This document shows positions 24,416 through 34,256 of a stretch of 64,000 nt of DNA, one piece after another. Both the position numbers and the translations under genes were made by a program. Position 1 is the stretch's first letter. The number at the start of each line of letters is the position of its first letter. The stretch covers positions 131,409 through 195,408 of the forward strand of contig CAWBQM010000005.1 in NCBI GenBank assembly GCA_963790955.1, in the 5' to 3' direction. This DNA is from an uncultured Chloroflexia bacterium (GTDB taxonomy: Bacteria; Chloroflexota; Limnocylindria; Limnocylindrales; CSP1-4). The notes under the pieces were generated by a model. The model searched no databases, was not told the origin of the DNA, and saw only the letters and a list, made by a program, of their open reading frames with translations.

Positions 24416-25498
24416 TCAGCCGTCGACGCGGATCGCGTCGACCGACCAGATCGGGGGCAGCGTCGAGACGACGCACGACCAGTTCGCCCCGCCGTCGGCG
24501 CTCGCGTACAGCTGGCCCGTGCTCGTACCGAAGTAGATCCCGAGCGGGTCCAGGTCGTCGCGGCCCATCGCCTCGCGCAGCACGCCCATGTACGCGTCCT
24601 GTTGCGGCAACCCGGCGTCGCCGCGGATCCACGAATTGCCGCCATCCTGCGTGCGCCACACCGCCGCCGCTCCGCCGGGCATGTAGCGGCCTTCCTCGGG
24701 GGCCGTGAGCGGGATGACCCATGCGGCCCGGTCGTCATGGGGGCTCGCGACCATGCCGAAGCCAAAGTCCGACGGCAGCTCGCCCGTGATCTCCTGCCAG
24801 GTCCGACCGCCGTCGAAGGTCCGATACACACCACAGTGGTTCTGCTGGTACAGGTGCTCGGGAACGCCGGCCGACATGACCAGCTTGTGAACGCAGAAGC
24901 CGGTCTCTGGCCACGGCTCGGGCATGAAGTTGGCGCGCACGCCCTTGTTGCGTGGCTCCCAGGTCGCGCCGCCGTCGGTCGTCTCGAAGGTCCCGACGGC
25001 CGAGATCGCGACCCACATGCGCTTGGGGTCGGTCGGGTGGGGGACGATCGAATGCAGGATCAGGCCGCCGGCGCCGGGTGCCCAGGTCGGTCGGGTCGGG
25101 TGATTGGTCAGGCCCTCGACGTGCTGCCACGTCTCACCGCCGTCGTCGCTCCGGAACAGGCCCGCGACCCCGACGCCGGCGTAGACCGAGCCGTGGGCCG
25201 GGGTCACGTTCCACACGGCGCTGATCTTCGGCGCGTCCTCGGCGTCACCGTACGTCAGGCCGGTGCTCGACTGGTTCCACGTCCGGCCGAGGTCGTCGCT
25301 CCGGAAGACGGTCGGGCCATACCAGGGGCTGCCGCCCCCAGCGAACAGTCGACCGCTCGATGGATCGAACGTGACGTCCTGGATCGGCCAGCCGTCCGCG
25401 CTCGGCCCGCGGATCATCCACTTCCGCCGAGCGGTGTCGGACTCGGCGATGAACGCACCCTTCTTCGTCCCGATCAGGAGCAGCACGCGCTCGGCCAT
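24416..25498 (-). CDS. BNR/Asp-box repeat beta-propeller protein (sortilin/Ycf48-like)
   Basis: The ATG at 25496-25498 follows GGAGGG. Six S/T-x-D-G-G-x-T/S-W motifs are present (SDDLGRTW, SDDGGETW, TTDGGATW, TFDGGRTW, TQDGGNSW, SADGGANW). The upstream 320 aa of ORF 24416..26458 are discarded. Confidence 0.8.
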   Translation of the reverse strand: MAERVLLLIGTKKGAFIAESDTARRKWMIRGPSADGWPIQDVTFDPSSGRLFAGGGSPWYGPTVFRSDDLGRTWNQSSTGLTYGDAEDAPKISAVWNVTPAHGSVYAGVGVAGLFRSDDGGETWQHVEGLTNHPTRPTWAPGAGGLILHSIVPHPTDPKRMWVAISAVGTFETTDGGATWEPRNKGVRANFMPEPWPETGFCVHKLVMSAGVPEHLYQQNHCGVYRTFDGGRTWQEITGELPSDFGFGMVASPHDDRAAWVIPLTAPEEGRYMPGGAAAVWRTQDGGNSWIRGDAGLPQQDAYMGVLREAMGRDDLDPLGIYFGTSTGQLYASADGGANWSCVVSTLPPIWSVDAIRVDG

Positions 25499-25550
25499 GT
25501 GGTTCCCTCCGCCGTGGCGTTCGTCGTTGGAGGCACAGGGTAGTGCGTGG

Positions 25551-25680
25551 CGGCCCTGCCGGCTCGGCGGCCCTGCCGGCTCGGCGACCCTGCCGGCTCC
25601 CGCCACTGCCTCCAGCCCGGCACTGCCGCCTCCAGCCCGGCACTGCCGCATTCGGCCCGGCACTGCCGCATTCGGCCCGA
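25551..25680. repeat. Short tandem repeats (17 bp x3, then about 20 bp x4)
   Basis: cggccctgccggctcgg occurs about 3 times, followed by gcactgccgcctccagcccg/gcactgccgcattcggcccg units. Confidence 0.8.
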
Positions 25681-25688
25681 TGCCCGCC

Positions 25689-25830
25689 CTATGCACCCAG
25701 CAGATCAACGGGCCCCGGTATTCGCCAGGTGATGCGCGCTGTGACTGAGAGGGCTCGTGGCGTGGGTCGATGGAGCCGCTCGCAGCATCGTTCGGCCATC
25801 GAGCGATCCATTCATTCGCCCGGTGCATAG
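25689..25830 (+). repeat. Dispersed modular intergenic repeat, copy E6
   Basis: CTATGCACCCAGCAGATCAACGGGCCCCGG...CATTCATTCGCCCGGTGCATA. It is the first of a 162-bp-period tandem pair. Confidence 0.8.
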
Positions 25831-25850
25831 GGAGCTCGCCAGGGCCTCGC

Positions 25851-25992
25851 CTATGCACCCAGCAGATCAACGGGCCCCGGTATTCGCCAGGTGATGCGCC
25901 AGGCGACTGGGACGGCTCACAGCGTGGGTCGATCGAGCCGCTGGCTGCATCGTTCGGCCAACGAACGGTCCGTTCATTCGCCCCGTGCATGG
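25851..25992 (+). repeat. Dispersed modular intergenic repeat, copy E7
   Basis: The same 5' 50 nt as E6. It ends ACGGTCCGTTCATTCGCCCCGTGCAT. Confidence 0.8.
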
Positions 25993-26056
25993 CGGGAGCT
26001 GGGCATTGCCGCCGGGCGCCACCGGACCGTCCACGCTCCCGGTATCCTCTCCGGCC

Positions 26057-26581
26057 ATGGCCATCCGCCCGATCGTGCCCTTCGGCGACCCCCGGCTGCG
26101 CCTGCCGGGCGAGCCGATCACGCGCTTCGACCGCAAGCTCGGGGCAGTCATCGACGACATGGTCGAGACGATGAAGGCCGCGCCGGGAGCCGGCCTCGCG
26201 GCGCAGCAGATCGGGCTCGCGCTGCAACTGTGCGTCATCCACGTCGGCGGCCAGCTGTACGAGGTCGCGAATCCGGAGATCGTGGCGATCTCCGGCGAGG
26301 ACGAGGCGTGGGAGGGCTGCCTGTCGCTCGAGGGCTATCGGGCGCTGCGGCGGCGCGCCTTGCACGCGGTCATGCTCGGCCAGGATCGACACGGGCGGCG
26401 GATCAGGATCTCGGGCCGGGGTGAGCTCGCACGAGCGATCCAGCACGAATTCGACCACCTGCAGGGCATCCTCTATACCGACGGTCTGCCCGCGGGGGCC
26501 GAGATCCTGTCCGAGGCCGAGCTCGAGCGGCGGCTCGACGAGGGGCGCACCCAGCGCCGGCTGGTGCGCTCGACCGACTGA
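26057..26581 (+). CDS. def: Peptide deformylase
   Basis: GAGLAAQQIG, EGCLS and QHEFDHLQG are the three PDF motifs. The start is taken at MAIRPIVPFGDP. Confidence 0.9.
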   Translation: MAIRPIVPFGDPRLRLPGEPITRFDRKLGAVIDDMVETMKAAPGAGLAAQQIGLALQLCVIHVGGQLYEVANPEIVAISGEDEAWEGCLSLEGYRALRRRALHAVMLGQDRHGRRIRISGRGELARAIQHEFDHLQGILYTDGLPAGAEILSEAELERRLDEGRTQRRLVRSTD

Positions 26582-26656
26582 CGGCTGGCCGACGCGGAAG
26601 GTCCGCCATCGACGACGGCCCGCGCGCCCTGACGGCCGGCGCCACCCGACGGCTCC

Positions 26657-27619
26657 TCAACCGCGATCCGGGACGGGCGGCGCGATGACCCGCAAGGCGC
26701 GTGGCCGGCTTCGGGCGACGATCGGCGTCGGGCCCAGGTCGTAGTCGTCCGCGCGCGACGGCAGCCCGATCGTCTCTACCACCACCTCGCGCGCGCGTCG
26801 CTGTTCGATGCGCGGCCCGTGCGCTCGGCGGCCAAACGCGATCGACCAGAAGTGGCGCACGACCTCGAATGTGGTGAAGCGCCGGAAGATGCGGACGTCG
26901 AGCAGGCCGTCGTCGAGTCGCGCGTCGGGGGCGATGGTGAAGCCGAGGCCGGTGAATGGCGTGTTCGCGATCGCGATCATGATCGCCCGGTCGCGCACGA
27001 GGTTGCCGTCGAGACGCAGCCGGATGTCGTGGCGATGCTCGCGTCGAAGGATCTCGATGAGGTTGAGCAGCGACGAGTAGCGACCCTTGTCGAACTCGTG
27101 CGCGGCCGCGAACAGCTCGGCCGACAGCCCGACGGACACGCATTCGAAGAACGGACGCTCGCCGGCGGCGCCGGCGGCAGCGGTGGGATGGGCGGTCGCC
27201 TCGCCGCCGGCCACGAGGCCGACGTCGATGACCCGCTCATGCCCCTCGGCGAGGATCGCGGCGGCGGCGTCGTGATCGCGCGGGATGGCCAGGCTGCGAG
27301 CCAGGTTCATGGCGCTGCCGAGCGGCAGCAAGCCCAAAGGCACGTCCGTTCCGAGCAGCTCGGTCGCGACGAGCGCGGTCGTGCCGTCGCCGCCGGCCGC
27401 CACGATCGGCCGGCAGCCCGCATCGAGCGCGGACCGCGTCGCCGCCCGGCACTCGTCGCCGGTCGCGGTCGCGACAATGTCGTCGTCGAGGCCGTGGCGG
27501 GCCAGGAGCGCGCGCAGGCCGGGCTCGTCGATGCGGTTGGTCGGCAGGCCCGCCTTCGAGCCCGCATTGACGTTCCAGATGACCCTCGGGCGGCCGGCTC
27601 GGTCGGTCGGGTCGTGCAC
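26657..27619 (-). CDS. Diacylglycerol kinase family lipid kinase (YegS/BmrU-like)
   Basis: VIWNVNAGS...IVAAGGDGTTALV...PLGLLPLGSAMNLARSL is the DAGK catalytic domain pattern. Confidence 0.85.
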   Translation of the reverse strand: MHDPTDRAGRPRVIWNVNAGSKAGLPTNRIDEPGLRALLARHGLDDDIVATATGDECRAATRSALDAGCRPIVAAGGDGTTALVATELLGTDVPLGLLPLGSAMNLARSLAIPRDHDAAAAILAEGHERVIDVGLVAGGEATAHPTAAAGAAGERPFFECVSVGLSAELFAAAHEFDKGRYSSLLNLIEILRREHRHDIRLRLDGNLVRDRAIMIAIANTPFTGLGFTIAPDARLDDGLLDVRIFRRFTTFEVVRHFWSIAFGRRAHGPRIEQRRAREVVVETIGLPSRADDYDLGPTPIVARSRPRALRVIAPPVPDRG

Positions 27620-27629
27620 GACGACTCCC

Positions 27630-28355
27630 TTACCCGGCCGCGGCGCGCCGCAGGAGGCGTCGATACAGGGCCACGACCACGGCGACGTAGCTCAGACCCA
27701 GGAAATACGAGGCGAGCACGTCGGTGAGCCAGTGATGACCCTGGTGGACACGGCTGATTCCGACGAGCCCGACGAGCGCCAGCGGTCCGGCTGCGAGCGT
27801 TCGGCGCAGCAACGGATCGTCGATCCGAGCCGCAAGCAGGTACGCCAGCGTGCCGTACGTGCCGACGTACGAAAGCACATGGCCGCTCGGAAAGCTCGTG
27901 CCACCGAGCGGCGCGAGGATCACCTGGACCGCGGGCGCGACCGGTCGCGGGCGCCGGGTGACCTGCTTGACGAGCGTGGCCGCGAGCGCCGCGCCCCAGC
28001 CGCTCGCCTGGCACAGCGCCTCAGTGGGCAGGTCGGCCGCCAGCCAGCCGCCGATCAGCATGGGCGGGATGAGGCGGGACTCCGGCGGGAAGCCCGGCCA
28101 CGAGACGGCGGCCATGAGGGTGTCCGGCGTGGGCCCGGACCAGCGCTGGATCGCGCGTGTCGCGGCGAGATCGAGCCCGGCCGTCCGGCGGCTCGAGACC
28201 ACCAGCCACAGCGCCCCGAACCCAAGCAGTCCAATCGCGAACGGGCGTCGCAGTCCACGCTCGCGGACGAGCGTTCGGGTGGGCGGAGACGCGATTCGAG
28301 GCGCAAGCGGAGACCCGATCGGGGACGTGAGCGCGGACGGCGTCGGCTCGATCAC
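27630..28355 (-). CDS. PAP2 family phosphatase (membrane)
   Basis: KQVTRRPRP, FPSGH and SRVHQGHHWLTD are PAP2 motifs C1-C3. The GTG start overlaps the upstream stop (GTGA). The rest of ORF 27630..29453 is discarded. Confidence 0.8.
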   Translation of the reverse strand: MIEPTPSALTSPIGSPLAPRIASPPTRTLVRERGLRRPFAIGLLGFGALWLVVSSRRTAGLDLAATRAIQRWSGPTPDTLMAAVSWPGFPPESRLIPPMLIGGWLAADLPTEALCQASGWGAALAATLVKQVTRRPRPVAPAVQVILAPLGGTSFPSGHVLSYVGTYGTLAYLLAARIDDPLLRRTLAAGPLALVGLVGISRVHQGHHWLTDVLASYFLGLSYVAVVVALYRRLLRRAAAG

Positions 28356-29197
28356 GGTCGTGGCGGCCCGGCCGCGACGCGACGGCGCACGTGCTCGAGG
28401 CCGTGCTCCCAGTCCGCGTCGATCCACCACGTCGCGCCGGCCTCGCGGAACGGGCGGACCGTGTCCGCGGCGCCTGCCGGATCCTCGGCCGGGGTGACGC
28501 CGTCGACGACCACGTCCCAGAGTCGACTCCGCAGCTCCGGCGGACGCTCGCGCCTGCCGTACGCGACGACCTCTGCCACCACCTCCGGAGTCACGGCCGC
28601 GACGCCGCCACCGGGACCCTGAGCCTGCACGAGCACGCCGTCCCAGCGGACGGCGCGGCGCATCGATCGCTCGCGTGGCCATGCGCCGACGACCCAGATG
28701 GGGATGCGCGGCTGCTGGACGGGTGTTGGCCGGAACGTCATTGGCGCGAAGCGATGGTGGCGGCCCTCGAAGCCGAACGGCTCGCCGGACCACAGCCCGT
28801 CGAGGATCTCGAGCGTCTCGTCGAGCAGCTCGGCCCGGACGCGTGCGTCGACCTCCTCGCCGACGTTGCGGAACGCCGCGTCGTCGAGGGCACCGAGCCC
28901 GACGGGCAGCACGAGCCGGCCGCCCGACAGGCGATCGAGGCTCATCGCCTCGCGGGCGAGCTTCCAGGGCCGGCGGCGCGAGGGCGGCGTGACGATCGCG
29001 CCAAGACGGACGCGGCTCGTGCGCATCGCCATGGCGGCCATGACCACCCACGGGTCGTACGTGTCGCCCGGCCCGATCGCGATGCCGTCCCAGGTGAAGA
29101 CGCCGTCCCAGCCGGCGGCCTCGGCCTCGGCGGCGAGGCCGGCGACGGCGCGCGGGTCGCCGCTCGTGGCGATAATCCCGAACCTCATGGCCATCAC
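28352..29197 (-). CDS. LLM-class (luciferase-like) flavin/F420-dependent oxidoreductase
   Basis: MRFGIIATSG...VRLGAIVTPPSRRRPWKLAREAMSLDRLSGGRLVLPVGLG is the typical LLM pattern. Confidence 0.8.
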   Translation of the reverse strand: MMAMRFGIIATSGDPRAVAGLAAEAEAAGWDGVFTWDGIAIGPGDTYDPWVVMAAMAMRTSRVRLGAIVTPPSRRRPWKLAREAMSLDRLSGGRLVLPVGLGALDDAAFRNVGEEVDARVRAELLDETLEILDGLWSGEPFGFEGRHHRFAPMTFRPTPVQQPRIPIWVVGAWPRERSMRRAVRWDGVLVQAQGPGGGVAAVTPEVVAEVVAYGRRERPPELRSRLWDVVVDGVTPAEDPAGAADTVRPFREAGATWWIDADWEHGLEHVRRRVAAGPPRP

Positions 29198-29257
29198 GGT
29201 AGCGTGACGAGCGCCGTGGGCTGCGCTGGGCGACCGAGGACGCCTGCCAGCTCTGTA

Positions 29258-31360
29258 TCAGCTCGGCGTGGCGCGGCCGACGATCGCGAGGATCTCCGCG
29301 CCGTACCGCTCCAGCTTGGCCGGCCCGATACCGGGCACGCGGCGCAGGGCGGACGGGGATCGTGGCCGGACCTCCGCGATCGCGTGCAGCGTGGCGTCGG
29401 GTGCGACGACGTAGGCCGGAACCTCGTCCTCCCGGGCCCGGTCGCGGCGCCATTGACGAAGCGCCTCGAACAGCGCCTCGTCGGCGGCCCCGGCCGAGTC
29501 ACCGCCGGCGGCGACCCACGCCGGCGGCAGCTGAATGACCCGCGGCCCGCTGGACCGGGTCGCGGCCCGTGGCTGGAGCTCTGCCAGGAAGCGCGACGGC
29601 TGGCGGCGTGTCGCACTCCCACTCGAGCCCGAGCGCTGCTGCGCCCAGGACAGGGCCAGATAACGCCGCGCCCGGGTGATGCCCACGTACAAGAGGCGTC
29701 GCTCCTCGGCGACGGCGTCGTCGTCCTTGGCCTGCCGAACCGGGAGGGAGCCTTCCTCGAGGGCGGGTAGGAACACGGCATCCCACTCGAGGCCCTTGGC
29801 CCGGTGGTACGTGAGCAGGTTCACGCCGTCGACCGTGCCCGCCGCCTCGTCCGCGTCACGCCGATCGAGCTCGGCCAGAATGCCGGCCAGATCGACGCTC
29901 GGATCACGCGTCGCGACATCCTGTGCGATCTCGAGCAGCAGCTCGAGCGAGGCGGCACGCTCGCGCGCCTCGGCACCAGGGTCGGGGCCGCCACCGCTTC
30001 CGTCGCCAATCCCGCCGCCGCTCCCAGGGCCGGCATCGCCGGCGGCGTCGGGCTCGAGGCCCAGGCGCTCGCCGAGCAGCCCGCGCAGGTCGCCCACGAG
30101 CGCGAAACCGGCTGTCGACAGACGCGCCCGACGGAGCGCAGCGCGGGCCTGCCGGATCTCCGGCCGGTCGAAGAAGCGCTGGCCGCGGATTCGGTACGCG
30201 ATGCCGGCCCGCGTGAGCGCCTCCTCGATCGGTGGCAGCTGCGCGTTCAGCCGGACGAGCACCGCGATCTCGCCGGCCTGCGTGCCCTCGGCCAGTCGCG
30301 CACGGATGGCGGCAACCAGCTCGCGTAGCTCCGCCTCCTCGTCGGTCGCGCGTTTGATCGCCGGCGCGGGTCCCGAGGGCCGGGTGGCTCGCAGCGGCCC
30401 GCGGCCCGACGTCCCGCCGAGGCGATTGGCGAGGGCGAGGATCTCAGGGCTCGAGCGGTAGTTCTCGAGCAGTGGCAGGGTCCGGGCGCCAGGATGCCGT
30501 TCCCCGAAGCGCAGCAGGAAGTCCGGGGTCGCTCCGGTGAACGTGTAGATCGTCTGCTCCGGGTCACCCACCACGGTGAGCGCCGGCGATTCGCCAAGCC
30601 ACAGCGTGAGCAGGCGCTCGGCCAGCGGGTTCGTGTCCTGGTACTCGTCGACGCTGAGCCAGCGCTTGCGCGAGCGGACCAGCTCGGCCGCCGCCGCGTC
30701 CGTCTCGAGCAGCTCGACCGTCTCGACCAGGATGTCCTCGAAGTCGATCAGCCCGGCGCGGGTCTTGGACCGCTCGTAGTCCCCGTAGACGCGCGCGAAC
30801 AGGTCGGCCGGGATGGTTGCCCGATCGCTGCCGTCCGCCAGCCAGCGCCCGGGCCGGATCCGGCGCACCTTCGCCCATTCGATCGTGTCGGCGAGATCCT
30901 TGGCCGGGGTGAAGCGGTAATGGCCGGGCAGCCGCCGCGCGATCGGGACCAGTATGCCCAGCTTCGACTCGACGATCCGGGGCAGCGGCGCCCCGGCGTG
31001 CCCGGCCGGCCAGAAGTGCCGGAGCTGGGCGAGTGCCGCGGCGTGGAACGTCCGGGCCATCACGCCACGGTGTCCGAGCGCCGCCATGCGCTCGGCCATC
31101 TCCCGGGCCGCCTTGTCCGTGAACGTGACGAGCAGGATCTGGCTCGCGGGCACCGAGCCGGTCTCGATCGCGTACGCCGCCCGGCGGCTGATGACCCGCG
31201 TCTTGCCCGACCCTGCGCCGGCGAGGATCGCGAGCGGTGTGCCGGGCGCCCGGACGGCTTCGCGCTGTGCCTCGTTGAGATCGAGGAGCAGGCGCTCCGG
31301 GGTCGTGTCGGGCGCAACCCGGGCCGGGGGTGCGGGTCGAGCGGTCATCCCCGACAGCAT
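29258..31360 (-). CDS. UvrD/PcrA-family ATP-dependent DNA helicase with C-terminal HRDC domain
   Basis: LNEAQREAV...ILAGAGSGKTRV, VDEYQDTN and YVGITRAR are helicase motifs. The C-terminal LFEALRQWRRDRARE...VPGIGPAKLERYG is HRDC. The start is taken at MLSGMTARP and is uncertain. Confidence 0.85.
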   Translation of the reverse strand: MLSGMTARPAPPARVAPDTTPERLLLDLNEAQREAVRAPGTPLAILAGAGSGKTRVISRRAAYAIETGSVPASQILLVTFTDKAAREMAERMAALGHRGVMARTFHAAALAQLRHFWPAGHAGAPLPRIVESKLGILVPIARRLPGHYRFTPAKDLADTIEWAKVRRIRPGRWLADGSDRATIPADLFARVYGDYERSKTRAGLIDFEDILVETVELLETDAAAAELVRSRKRWLSVDEYQDTNPLAERLLTLWLGESPALTVVGDPEQTIYTFTGATPDFLLRFGERHPGARTLPLLENYRSSPEILALANRLGGTSGRGPLRATRPSGPAPAIKRATDEEAELRELVAAIRARLAEGTQAGEIAVLVRLNAQLPPIEEALTRAGIAYRIRGQRFFDRPEIRQARAALRRARLSTAGFALVGDLRGLLGERLGLEPDAAGDAGPGSGGGIGDGSGGGPDPGAEARERAASLELLLEIAQDVATRDPSVDLAGILAELDRRDADEAAGTVDGVNLLTYHRAKGLEWDAVFLPALEEGSLPVRQAKDDDAVAEERRLLYVGITRARRYLALSWAQQRSGSSGSATRRQPSRFLAELQPRAATRSSGPRVIQLPPAWVAAGGDSAGAADEALFEALRQWRRDRAREDEVPAYVVAPDATLHAIAEVRPRSPSALRRVPGIGPAKLERYGAEILAIVGRATPS

Positions 31361-31570
31361 GGCGCATGGTGCTCGACGCCGGCACACCCACGGCGGTCGG
31401 GTGGCGACCAGGTGACGCCGGGCTCGTCTGCACGGCCGGGCTGACCCCCCAGGCGCGGCATTTGCAAGGAGCGTGTAATGCCCTCCACGATCCGCCATCG
31501 ATAGACTCGGTCCACGGTCGCGGCATCACGCATGGGGCCCGTTCGCCCACAGCATCCATCGGGGAGCATC

Positions 31571-32432
31571 GTGACGATCACGCGTGTCGATAGCCTGCAG
31601 CGCGCCCTGTCCGATCGCTCCGCCGTGCTCGACGGCTGGCTGCGCCAGCAACTGGCGGGCGGCAGCCGGCAGAATCTCATCGGCGACCGCGAGCTTCGGA
31701 GCCAGTCGGAGGAGTTCCTGGGCCTGCTCGCGGCGGCTCTTGAACGCGGCGGCGAGGTCGATGCCCGCGACGGAGCCTGGGCGGACGTGCGCTCGTTTCT
31801 GGCCGACGTGTCGCGCGGCCGCGCGGAGCAGGGCCTCACGCCGTCCGAGGCGGCGGCCTTCATCTTCTCGCTCAAGGAGCCCCTGTTCGAGCAACTTCGG
31901 TCCGACCTCGCGAAGGATCCACGGGCGCTGGCCGAGGCCACGTTCTCGATGATGTCCGCTGCTCGAATTGCTCGGGCTGTACACGATCGAGGTGCACCAG
32001 CGCGCCCGTGAGGACGTGATCCGCCGGCAGCAGCAGGACCTGCTCGAGCTATCGACGCCGGTCGTGAAGCTGTGGGAAGGGGTCCTGGCGGTGCCGCTCA
32101 TCGGCACCCTCGACAGCGCCCGCACCCAGGTCGTGATGGAGACGCTGCTCCAGCGCATCGTCGAGACCGGCTCGCCGCTCGCGATCATCGACATCACCGG
32201 CGTCCCGACCGTCGACACCCTCGTCGCCCAGCACCTGCTCAAGACCGTGGCCGCGGCCCGGCTGATGGGCGCGGACTGCATCATCAGCGGTATTCGGCCG
32301 CAGATCGCCCAGACGATCGTGCACCTCGGCGTCGACCTGGCCGACGTCGCGACGAAGGCCACGCTCGCCGACGCGGTCGCGCTCGCGCTCCAGCGCAGCG
32401 GCTTCGCGATCGTCCGCCAGACGCCGGGCTGA
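31571..32432 (+). CDS. rsbR: RsbR-like stressosome sensor (N-terminal globin-like domain plus STAS), one frameshift near 31950
   Basis: The N-part is in the frame of ORF 31532..32011. The STAS part is ORF 31968..32432 (ELSTPVVKLWEGVLAVPLIGTLDSARTQ...IIDITGVPTVDT). The GTG at 31571 follows GGGGAG. Confidence 0.7.
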
Positions 32433-32447
32433 GGATCGGCGGCAGCG

Positions 32448-32820
32448 ATGGACCGCATCCCGATCTTCAAGGTCGGCGACTTGCTGCTCGTCACGATCCA
32501 GGTCGACATGCACGACCGGCTCGCGCTCGAGCTCCAGGACGACCTCACCCGGCGGATCGTCGAGACCGGCGCGAAGGGTGTCCTGATCGACATCTCCGCG
32601 CTCGAGATGGTCGACTCGTTCATCGGCCGGATGATCGCCAACATCGCCGCGATGTCACGCATCCTCGATGCGGAGACGGTCGTCGTCGGTATGCAGCCCG
32701 AGGTCGCGATCACCCTCGTCGAGCTCGGGCTGTCCCTGCCCGGCGTGCGCACGGCTCTCGATGCCGAGGCGGGCATGGCCCTGCTCCGTTCGCGGTGGCG
32801 ATCCGGTGGGCATGGCCTGA
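32448..32820 (+). CDS. rsbS: RsbS-like STAS-domain stressosome scaffold, probable frameshift near the 3' end
   Basis: MDRIPIFKVGDLLLVTIQVDMHD...VLIDISALEMVDSFIGRMIANIAAMSRILDAETVVVGMQP. The expected stop (TGA 32818-32820) is in another frame. Confidence 0.7.
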
Positions 32821-32823
32821 GCC

Positions 32824-33238
32824 ATGCGCGAGCCGGCGCGACGAATTGCCGCATCCGTACCTCGGAGGACGTGGTTCGCGTGCGCCAGCGGTCCGCAGCC
32901 GGGCGGTCGAGCGGGGCTTCAGCCTGGTCGACCAGACCAAGCTCGTCACGGCGGCGAGCGAGCTGGCGCGCAACACGCTCGACCACGGCGGCGGCGGCAA
33001 GGTCGACGATCGAGTGCGTCGACGGAGCGGACCGGATCGGGATCCGGCTGATCTTCGAGGACGACGGGCCGGGCATTCCCGACATCGACCCAGGCGCTCC
33101 AGGACGGCTTCACGACGGGGGCCGGGCTTGGGCATGGGTCTCGGCGGAGCCCGGCGCCTGGTGAACGAGTTCGAGATCCGCTCGACAGCCACGGCGAGGG
33201 CACTCGCGTGGTCGGTCGACGCGATGGCGACGGGGTGA
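32824..33238 (+). pseudogene. rsbT: RsbT-like serine kinase (HATPase), at least 5 frameshifts as assembled
   Basis: Homologous pieces are spread over all 3 frames: IRTSEDVVRVRQ / AVRSRAVERGFSLVDQTKLVTAASELARNTLDHGGGG / IECVDGADRIGIRLIFEDDGPGIPDI / QALQDGFTTG / GLGMGLGGARRLVNEFEIRS / GEGTRVV. Confidence 0.65.
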
Positions 33239-34251
33239 CGCTGCGTTTTGCGGTGACCGAGCGAGAGCCAGGTCGGCGCGGCGCGTCGGCGGCGTCGGCC
33301 ACGATCGCGGCCGAGCTCGGGTTCGACGAGCTCACCGCGGGTCGGCGCGGCGCTCGCCGTGACCGAGCTCGCGACGAACCTCGTCAAGCACGCCACGGCG
33401 ACTCGGCCGAGCTCGTCCTCAGCGTCGGACGGAGCGACGGGCGCGCGACGCTCGACATCCTGTCGCTCGACCGCGGCCCGGGCACGGACGACATGGCGCG
33501 CTGGCTGCGCGACGGCTACTCCACCGCGGGCAGCCACGGCAACGGCCTCGGCGCCGTTCGCCGGTCGGCCGACCTCGTCGACGTCCACTCCACCGCTGAG
33601 GCCGGCACGGCCATTCTGGCTCGCTTCCACGGACCACGGAGCGACGACACGGGCCGGCCGGTCGATCGAGGCCGCCGGCCTGCTCGTGCCGCTCGAGGGC
33701 CAGAGCGAGTGCGGTGACGCTTGGGCCATGCGGCACGATGACTCGAGCGCGACGCTCCTGGTCGCCGACGGGCTCGGCCACGGGCACGAGGCGTCGCTGG
33801 CGTCGAGCGGAGGCCGTGCGCATCTTCCTCGGCGCGGGCAACGTCGAGTCCGTGCCGCTGCTTGGCCGGATGCACGCGGCCCTTCGCGCAACGCGCGGCG
33901 CCGCCGTCGCGACTGGCACGGATCGAGCCGGCGGCCGGTCGAGTGCGCTTCTGCGGGGTCGGCAACATCGCCGGCGCGGTAGTGAACGGGGTCTCGGTCC
34001 GGCACATGGTGTCGCACAACGGCACGATCGGTCAGGGCCTGGCGACGCGGGCCCAGGAGTTCAGCTACCCATGGTCGCCCGACGCCGTGTGCGTCATGCA
34101 CTCGGATGGCATCCGAGCGCGTTGGAGTCTCGATGCCTATCCCGGTCTGACGCGACGAGAACCGGCAGTCATCGCGGGCGTGCTGTATCGGGACTTCGCG
34201 CGCGGGCACGACGACACGGGGATCGTCGTCGCGCGTTCGAGGCTGGACTGA
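33235..34251 (+). pseudogene. HATPase-like (RsbW-type) plus PP2C/SpoIIE phosphatase fusion, about 5 frameshifts as assembled
   Basis: The GTG start overlaps the rsbT stop. Pieces: IAAELGFDELTAG / VTELATNLVKHA / LDILSLDRGPG...DGYSTAGSHGNGLGAV / ECGDAWAMRHD...LLVADGLGHGHEA / MHAALRATRGAAVA / FCGVGNIAG...MHSDGI...YRDFARGHDDTGIVV. Confidence 0.65.
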
Positions 34252-34256
34252 GCGTC

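Noticed and set aside
25499-26458. The N-terminal roughly 320 aa of the 680-aa ORF 24416..26458, which would extend the propeller protein upstream.
   Set aside because: The extension runs through the tandem arrays and repeat copies E6/E7 and antisense to def. A good RBS plus ATG at 25498 gives a complete propeller protein.
28356-29453. The upstream part of the 607-aa ORF 27630..29453, which would fuse PAP2 to an N-terminal extension of about 365 aa.
   Set aside because: It overlaps, in another frame, the well-supported LLM oxidoreductase gene on the same strand. The composition is Arg/Gly/Pro-rich. A GTGA-coupled start at 28355 explains the PAP2 gene.
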